IMG/VR virus record: IMGVR_UViG_3300031857_011362
Span: 1-64,000 of that record
Direction: 5' to 3' (one strand)
Source of the DNA: a virus
DNA length: 64,000 nucleotides
Shown here: piece by piece, positions 58,812 through 64,000 of the stretch
How the letters are laid out: each line of letters begins with the position of its first letter
Numbering within the stretch: the first letter of the stretch is position 1
Translations under genes and position numbers: made by a program
Notes under the pieces: generated by a model
The model's input: the letters and a program-made list of their open reading frames with translations, nothing else
Database searches by the model: none
What the model was told of the DNA's origin: nothing

Positions 58812-59417
58812 ATGTACAAATTCAGCATGGATTTTAACATGGGCAAGGGTGCGATGCAAAACATCAGTAATCTTGTCGGCATCTACGGTGTACCACACAC
58901 TATCATTGAAGTTGGTGTGTTCGAGGGTGGCACTACGTTCTGGATCAGTGAGCAACTTGCTAAAACTAGTGCAACATCACAGATTTATGCCATTGATCCG
59001 CATGTGGGCAGCAATGACATGAGTGAAGATTTTGCAGTAATCAAGCAGAACTTTGAATATAACTTGTCAGTTCACCCAGCTAAAAATGTAACTTACATTC
59101 AAAAGCACAGCAAGAATGGACTGATTGACCTGATCAATTTGGGTGTCCGTGCTGAGTTAATCTACATCGACGGTGACCACAAAGCTGCTGAAGTATTAAC
59201 CGATCTTGTGCTAGCATGGGAACTACTTAAAGTAGGTGGCATCATGCTATGTGACGATACTACGACATGGAAGTACAAAGACGCTAATGGAACGCAATCT
59301 GCACAAATGAGTCCTAGACTTGCAGTTGAAACCTTTATACAATGCAATTGGCACAAGCTAAATGTGTTGAGTCTCCCAGACGGCGCACAAACTGCGTTTA
59401 TTAAAATTCAAGAATAG
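58812..59417 (+). CDS. Class I SAM-dependent methyltransferase (Methyltransf_24-like)
   Basis: IEVGVFEG, AIDPH, IYIDGDH and LKVGGIMLCDD. Confidence 0.85.
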   Translation: MYKFSMDFNMGKGAMQNISNLVGIYGVPHTIIEVGVFEGGTTFWISEQLAKTSATSQIYAIDPHVGSNDMSEDFAVIKQNFEYNLSVHPAKNVTYIQKHSKNGLIDLINLGVRAELIYIDGDHKAAEVLTDLVLAWELLKVGGIMLCDDTTTWKYKDANGTQSAQMSPRLAVETFIQCNWHKLNVLSLPDGAQTAFIKIQE

Positions 59418-59462
59418 TCAGTAATTCTTAGTCATAATATCTATCTGATAAGTATAGTTGTA

Positions 59463-59897
59463 ATGAATGTATTCCAATTGAATTATGATACCAGGCTCAG
59501 CGACTGGTATAAGTTAAGGTCAAAACTAGAACATAGTGATACTAAAACCAAATGTGTGGAAATTGATAACTGGTGGCAAAAAGCTCCATTAGTTAATCAC
59601 CACCTACATATTTTGGACAGTGAGAATTGGCCCGGCCCCTGGGATCTTTTGGTAGAAAATACCTACTGTATGGTTGCAAGAGCATTAGGAATGTGTTATA
59701 CTTTACTTCTGACTGGAGTACAGGATATAGATTTGGTAGAAGCAACAGACATGCAGGGTGAAGATATGGTATTAGTCCTGGTCGATAGTGCAAAGTATGT
59801 ACTTAATTACTGGCCCGATACTGTAGTAAATAACAGTTCAAACGACTTTACAATTAAACGGCACATCGATGTGTCACCAATAAAATTAAAATTATAA
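59463..59897 (+). CDS. Hypothetical protein, possibly transglutaminase-like (BTLCP) fold
   Basis: WPGPWDLL....YC..ARALGMCYTL pattern. Confidence 0.5.
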   Translation: MNVFQLNYDTRLSDWYKLRSKLEHSDTKTKCVEIDNWWQKAPLVNHHLHILDSENWPGPWDLLVENTYCMVARALGMCYTLLLTGVQDIDLVEATDMQGEDMVLVLVDSAKYVLNYWPDTVVNNSSNDFTIKRHIDVSPIKLKL

Positions 59898-59908
59898 TAG
59901 GCAAAAAT

Positions 59909-62239
59909 ATGAATATAAACGTAGTTAAACGCAACGGGGAAACCGTACCCTTAGATATTTCAAAAATACAAAGACAGGTAGCATATGGATGTAGAGGCAT
60001 CGATAACGTTAGCCCGAGTATGATCGAAATCAAAGCACAAATAGAACTATGTGATGGAATGACTACAAAAACAATTGATGAACTACTGCTTAAAGCAATG
60101 GTTAATCTGATTGATGAAAGCGAAAACAGCGATATCAATAACGTAAACTATCAATACGTAGCCGGTAGACAAAAAGTCTCTATGCTACGTAAAGAAGTAT
60201 ATGGAACCTATGATCCCCCTCCTTTATATGATATTGTAAAGACAAATATTGAAAAGGGAATGTACACTAGCGAACTACTAGACTGGTATACTAAAGAAGA
60301 ATGGGATATCATCGACTTATTTCTTGACCACAGCAAGGACGAAAATTACACTTATGCGGCTATCGCACAACTAACCGAAAAGTACTTAGTGCAGAACCGT
60401 GCTACTGGCCAAGTTTTTGAAAGTCCTCAAGTACGTTATGCAATCGCGGCCGCCACTGCCTTCCACAATGAACCCAAAGAAAAAAGATTAAAATATGTTA
60501 AAGAATATTATGAATGTGCGTCTGATGGTCATTTTACTCTCGCTACTCCTGTGCTCGCTGGCCTCGGTACTACAACTAAACAGTTCAGCAGTTGTGTGCT
60601 TATTAGCAGTGACGATACCCTTGATTCGATATTCGCCTCAGGAGAAATGATGGCAAAGTATGCTAGCAAACGTGCTGGCATTGGATTAGAGTTAGGGCGC
60701 ATTCGCCCACTAGGAGCCGCCATTCGTAATGGAGAAATCAAACACACAGGCATGATTCCTTTCTTAAAGAAGTGGTTTGGTGATCTACGTAGTTGCAGTC
60801 AAGGTGGTGTTCGCAATGCATCCTGCACAGTTACATTCCCAGTATGGCACTATCAATTTGAAGACCTTATTGTGTTAAAGAACAATCAAGGCACAGAAGA
60901 AACACGTGTGCGTCAAATGGATTACTCTGTTGTAGTCAACAAGATGTTCTGGAATCGTTATCGTAACAACGAAAATATTACATTGTTTGATCCACACGAA
61001 GTTCCTGATTTGTATGAAGCATATTACAGAGACAGTGAAGAATTTGAGAAACTGTATAAAAAATATGAACAAGATAAGACAAAGAAAAAGAAGGTACTAC
61101 CCGCGGTTGAAATATTCAAAAATGGAATACTTAAAGAACGCACTGATACTGGCAGAATTTATCTTGTCAATATCGACAACGTTATCAATCAGGGCCCGTT
61201 CGACACAAAACTTGATCCAATATATCAATCAAACCTATGCCAAGAGATACTTTTACCCACCCGTCCTTTCCAGAGAATTGAAGACGAAAAGGGCAGAATT
61301 GCTCTTTGCACTCTTGGTAGCATAAACTGGGGAGCATTCAAAACCCCACAAGAAATGCGTAAAGCATGTCGTGTATTAGTACGTAGCTTAAGTAATTTGT
61401 TAACCTATCAAGACTTTCTATCAATACAAAGTAAACTGGCTAACTTAGATTTTGAACCGTTAGGTGTTGGTATTACTAACTTAGCTTACTGGCATGCACG
61501 TAAGAGTTTCAAGTATGGTGAAGCAGATGCACTAGCAGAAGTCAAGCGTTGGATGGAACATCAAGCATACTACCTCACTGAGATGAGCGTAGAACTAGCA
61601 CAAGAAAAAGGTGCGTGTAAACGCAGTGAACATACGTATTATGGCAAGGGAGTATTTCCTTGGGAACGTAGAAATCCCGGAGTCAATGAACTAACAGATT
61701 TTACTCCTAGTGCAAATTTAGACTGGGAAGTCTTGCGCCAAAATCTATTGAAGTATGGCATTAGAAATGCTACACTAATGGCAGTAGCACCAGTTGAAAG
61801 TTCAAGCGTTGTATTGAATAGTACAAATGGTATTGAGATGCCAATGGAATTGATTAGTGTTAAGGAAAGCAAAGCTGGATCGTTTGTACAAGTAGTACCA
61901 GAATACAGACGATTAAAGAATCGATATCAACTAATGTGGGATCAAAAAGACTGTGTAGAGTATTTAAAAACTAGTGCAGTATTGGCAGTATACATTGACC
62001 AATCACTATCAACAAATACGTTCTATAACCCTGCATTCTTTGATCAAGGTAAAGTACCTGGCACATTGATTGCTAAGAACTTGATGCTAGCATATAAGTG
62101 GGGAATCAAAACTATATATTATAGTTTGATTAACAAAGTAGGTAGCAAAGCGTCCCTACAAGAAGAAAATAATATTATTCCTTTTGTAAAGTTAGATGCA
62201 ATAGAAGATGAAGAATACTGTGAAAGTTGTGTATTATGA
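59909..62239 (+). CDS. nrdA: Ribonucleotide reductase class Ia alpha subunit with ATP cone
   Basis: VVKRNG ATP cone, SSCVL, SNLCQEI, ALCTL, KTIYY and C-terminal CESC. Confidence 0.97.
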   Translation: MNINVVKRNGETVPLDISKIQRQVAYGCRGIDNVSPSMIEIKAQIELCDGMTTKTIDELLLKAMVNLIDESENSDINNVNYQYVAGRQKVSMLRKEVYGTYDPPPLYDIVKTNIEKGMYTSELLDWYTKEEWDIIDLFLDHSKDENYTYAAIAQLTEKYLVQNRATGQVFESPQVRYAIAAATAFHNEPKEKRLKYVKEYYECASDGHFTLATPVLAGLGTTTKQFSSCVLISSDDTLDSIFASGEMMAKYASKRAGIGLELGRIRPLGAAIRNGEIKHTGMIPFLKKWFGDLRSCSQGGVRNASCTVTFPVWHYQFEDLIVLKNNQGTEETRVRQMDYSVVVNKMFWNRYRNNENITLFDPHEVPDLYEAYYRDSEEFEKLYKKYEQDKTKKKKVLPAVEIFKNGILKERTDTGRIYLVNIDNVINQGPFDTKLDPIYQSNLCQEILLPTRPFQRIEDEKGRIALCTLGSINWGAFKTPQEMRKACRVLVRSLSNLLTYQDFLSIQSKLANLDFEPLGVGITNLAYWHARKSFKYGEADALAEVKRWMEHQAYYLTEMSVELAQEKGACKRSEHTYYGKGVFPWERRNPGVNELTDFTPSANLDWEVLRQNLLKYGIRNATLMAVAPVESSSVVLNSTNGIEMPMELISVKESKAGSFVQVVPEYRRLKNRYQLMWDQKDCVEYLKTSAVLAVYIDQSLSTNTFYNPAFFDQGKVPGTLIAKNLMLAYKWGIKTIYYSLINKVGSKASLQEENNIIPFVKLDAIEDEEYCESCVL

Positions 62240-63336
62240 GTAAAGAACAATATAATTTAAGTAAGCAAACAAACTACCTCAAGCGTACAATGTTTTTAGA
62301 CCCAGCCGGTCCTGTAACAGTACAACGTTTTGAAGAAGTTAAGTACCCTCGCATTGCCAAGTATGAAGAAACAGCACGTGGCTTCTTTTGGGTGCCCGAA
62401 GAGATTTCGTTGACTAAAGATAAAATGGATCACAAAGATTCCAGTGATGCTATCAAGCATATTTTTACTAGCAACCTACTAAGACAAACAGCCTTAGACA
62501 GTATTCAAGGTCGTGCACCTAGTCAAGTGTTTAGTCCTGTAATCAGTATACCTGAACTTGAAGCACTAGTGGGTAACTGGAGTTTCTTTGAGACTAACAT
62601 TCACAGTAAGTCATACAGTCATATCATTCGCAATGTATATGGTGTACCTAAAGAAGAATTCAACAAGATACATGATACAAAAGAGATTATTGACATGGCT
62701 GCTAGCATCGGTAGATACTATGAAGCACTACATCAACTTAATTGTTTAAAAGAAACAGGTTCTGAAGTATCAGAACGTGAACACATTAAAGCTATTTGGA
62801 TGGCACTACATGCAAGTTATGCATTAGAAGCATTTAGATTTATGGTAAGTTTTGCAACAAGTCTTGCTATGGTAGAGAATCGAATTTACATTGGTAACGG
62901 AAACATTATCTCCTTGATCCTGCAAGATGAGTTGCTTCACGCTGAGTGGACAGCATGGTTGATTAATAACGTGACTAAGGATGATACTAGATTTGCTTCT
63001 ATTGTAGAAGAATGTCGTGTCGAAGTGTATGCATTGTATATGGAAGTTATTAAAGAAGAAAAAGAGTGGGCCGAGTATCTATTCAGTAAGGGTGTAGTAA
63101 TTGGCTTGAATGCAGAGATATTAAAAGACTTTGTAGACTTTACTGCATTTACTCGTTTGAAAGAAATTGGTATCAAGTACACGGAAAACTATCCTAAGCA
63201 TAGTCCTATCCCATGGTTCAACAAGCACGTTAATTTAAATAAAAAACAGGCCGCGCTCCAGGAGACAGAAAGTACATCCTATGTAATAGGGGTAATGTCA
63301 GATACAGTTAATTATGATGAGTTGCCAATTCTATGA
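62236..63336 (+). CDS. nrdB: Ribonucleotide reductase class Ia beta subunit
   Basis: [34 protein letters not shown] and STSY; ATGA overlap with nrdA. Confidence 0.96.
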   Translation: MSKEQYNLSKQTNYLKRTMFLDPAGPVTVQRFEEVKYPRIAKYEETARGFFWVPEEISLTKDKMDHKDSSDAIKHIFTSNLLRQTALDSIQGRAPSQVFSPVISIPELEALVGNWSFFETNIHSKSYSHIIRNVYGVPKEEFNKIHDTKEIIDMAASIGRYYEALHQLNCLKETGSEVSEREHIKAIWMALHASYALEAFRFMVSFATSLAMVENRIYIGNGNIISLILQDELLHAEWTAWLINNVTKDDTRFASIVEECRVEVYALYMEVIKEEKEWAEYLFSKGVVIGLNAEILKDFVDFTAFTRLKEIGIKYTENYPKHSPIPWFNKHVNLNKKQAALQETESTSYVIGVMSDTVNYDELPIL

Positions 63337-63872
63337 CGACAATTATCAAAATGATACCTCTTCATTGCATTTGAGCCACCTTCTAGCTCACAGTGTGGGC
63401 AAGTAGTTTTAAGTTTTGACCCTAATTTTTTGCCCTTCAATATATTAGGCAACCCTTTATTCCAAGCAACATATCCTCTAGCCTTAGGACTAGCTAATCT
63501 AGCAGCCACAACATTCGCAATGTGCTCTGGTGATTTTTTACGGCCAGTAAGTTGTTTACTTGCATTGGATTTAAATTCATCGGACCTAATACATCCGGTA
63601 CCTCCTTCGCCACCGTCTGTCATATTGTGAAGTATCCCGTTACCCAAGTCTTTACGACCGTACCATTTGATATAACGTCTTTCTAATGCAAAAGCGCCTA
63701 GCTCAGATAGATTTTTCTCTAAAAAAACAATCCTACGTAGATCCTTAGGTGTATGTACTCCACCTCTCTTGGTACGATGTGATTGAAATGCTCTGCTATC
63801 TTTACCCTTACCAATGTAGTAGGGTTTGCCGTCTTTTCTTATATAGGCGTAGACATAATATGCTAAATACAT
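63312..63872 (-). mobile_element. GIY-YIG homing endonuclease with a NUMOD3-like segment
   Basis: YVYAY...[22 protein letters not shown] and CPHC; convergent with nrdB and overlapping it by 25 bp. Confidence 0.85.
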
Positions 63873-63942
63873 TGCTGATTGCTCCCTTAAAGCGTTAGAG
63901 TAGTTAGGAACTCCAATTCCGTGAACTACACTAATATTTATG
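63873..63942 (-). promoter_or_regulatory. Late promoter (CATAAATA) plus two-hairpin leader of the endonuclease gene
   Basis: Stem-loop at 63896-63933; small hairpin at 63881-63893 covering the AAGGGAG SD; promoter at 63935-63942. Confidence 0.6.
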
Positions 63943-64000
63943 CCATTATCATTGATAATGATAGGTATATCGTGTATAATATAAAATTATAAAGGAAAAA

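Noticed and set aside
59909-63336. Intein or group I intron in nrdA/nrdB
   Set aside because: Both ORFs are continuous and of normal class Ia length.

Overview
The window is 64 kb of a large, AT-rich T4-like dsDNA phage genome, almost all on the + strand and read with the standard genetic code. It contains no tRNA, CRISPR array, integrase or reverse transcriptase that I could see. (1) 2-4470 is the head module: acidic prohead-core-like protein, gp21 protease, an inserted GIY-YIG endonuclease, gp22 scaffold, gp23 major capsid and a UUCG terminator. (2) 4541-35195 is a chain of paralogous Asn/Thr/Gly-rich virion, baseplate or fibre proteins built from shared modules, including PKD, LamG and three cupredoxin-like domains. 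(3) 25260-55707, interleaved with (2) and (4), holds nine RCC1-repeat genes. Eight have exactly seven blades and one has two. They sit on shuffled IPT/Ig/Calx-beta-like stalks, alongside collapsed and remnant copies. (4) 50333-59417 is a tailoring-enzyme cluster: a sulfotransferase-TPR-GT9 fusion, a second sulfotransferase, two methyltransferases, a 2OG-Fe(II) oxygenase, an APS-kinase/HxGH-nucleotidyltransferase fusion, a DUF2061-like protein and a GT25. (5) 59463-63872 has a transglutaminase-like ORF, class Ia nrdA-nrdB and a convergent GIY-YIG endonuclease with a structured leader. The best candidate new systems are a recombination-diversified beta-propeller repertoire and a late-expressed PAPS-synthesis, sulfation and glycosylation pathway that may decorate the virion. 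All family assignments come from recognising motifs by eye; no database search was run.
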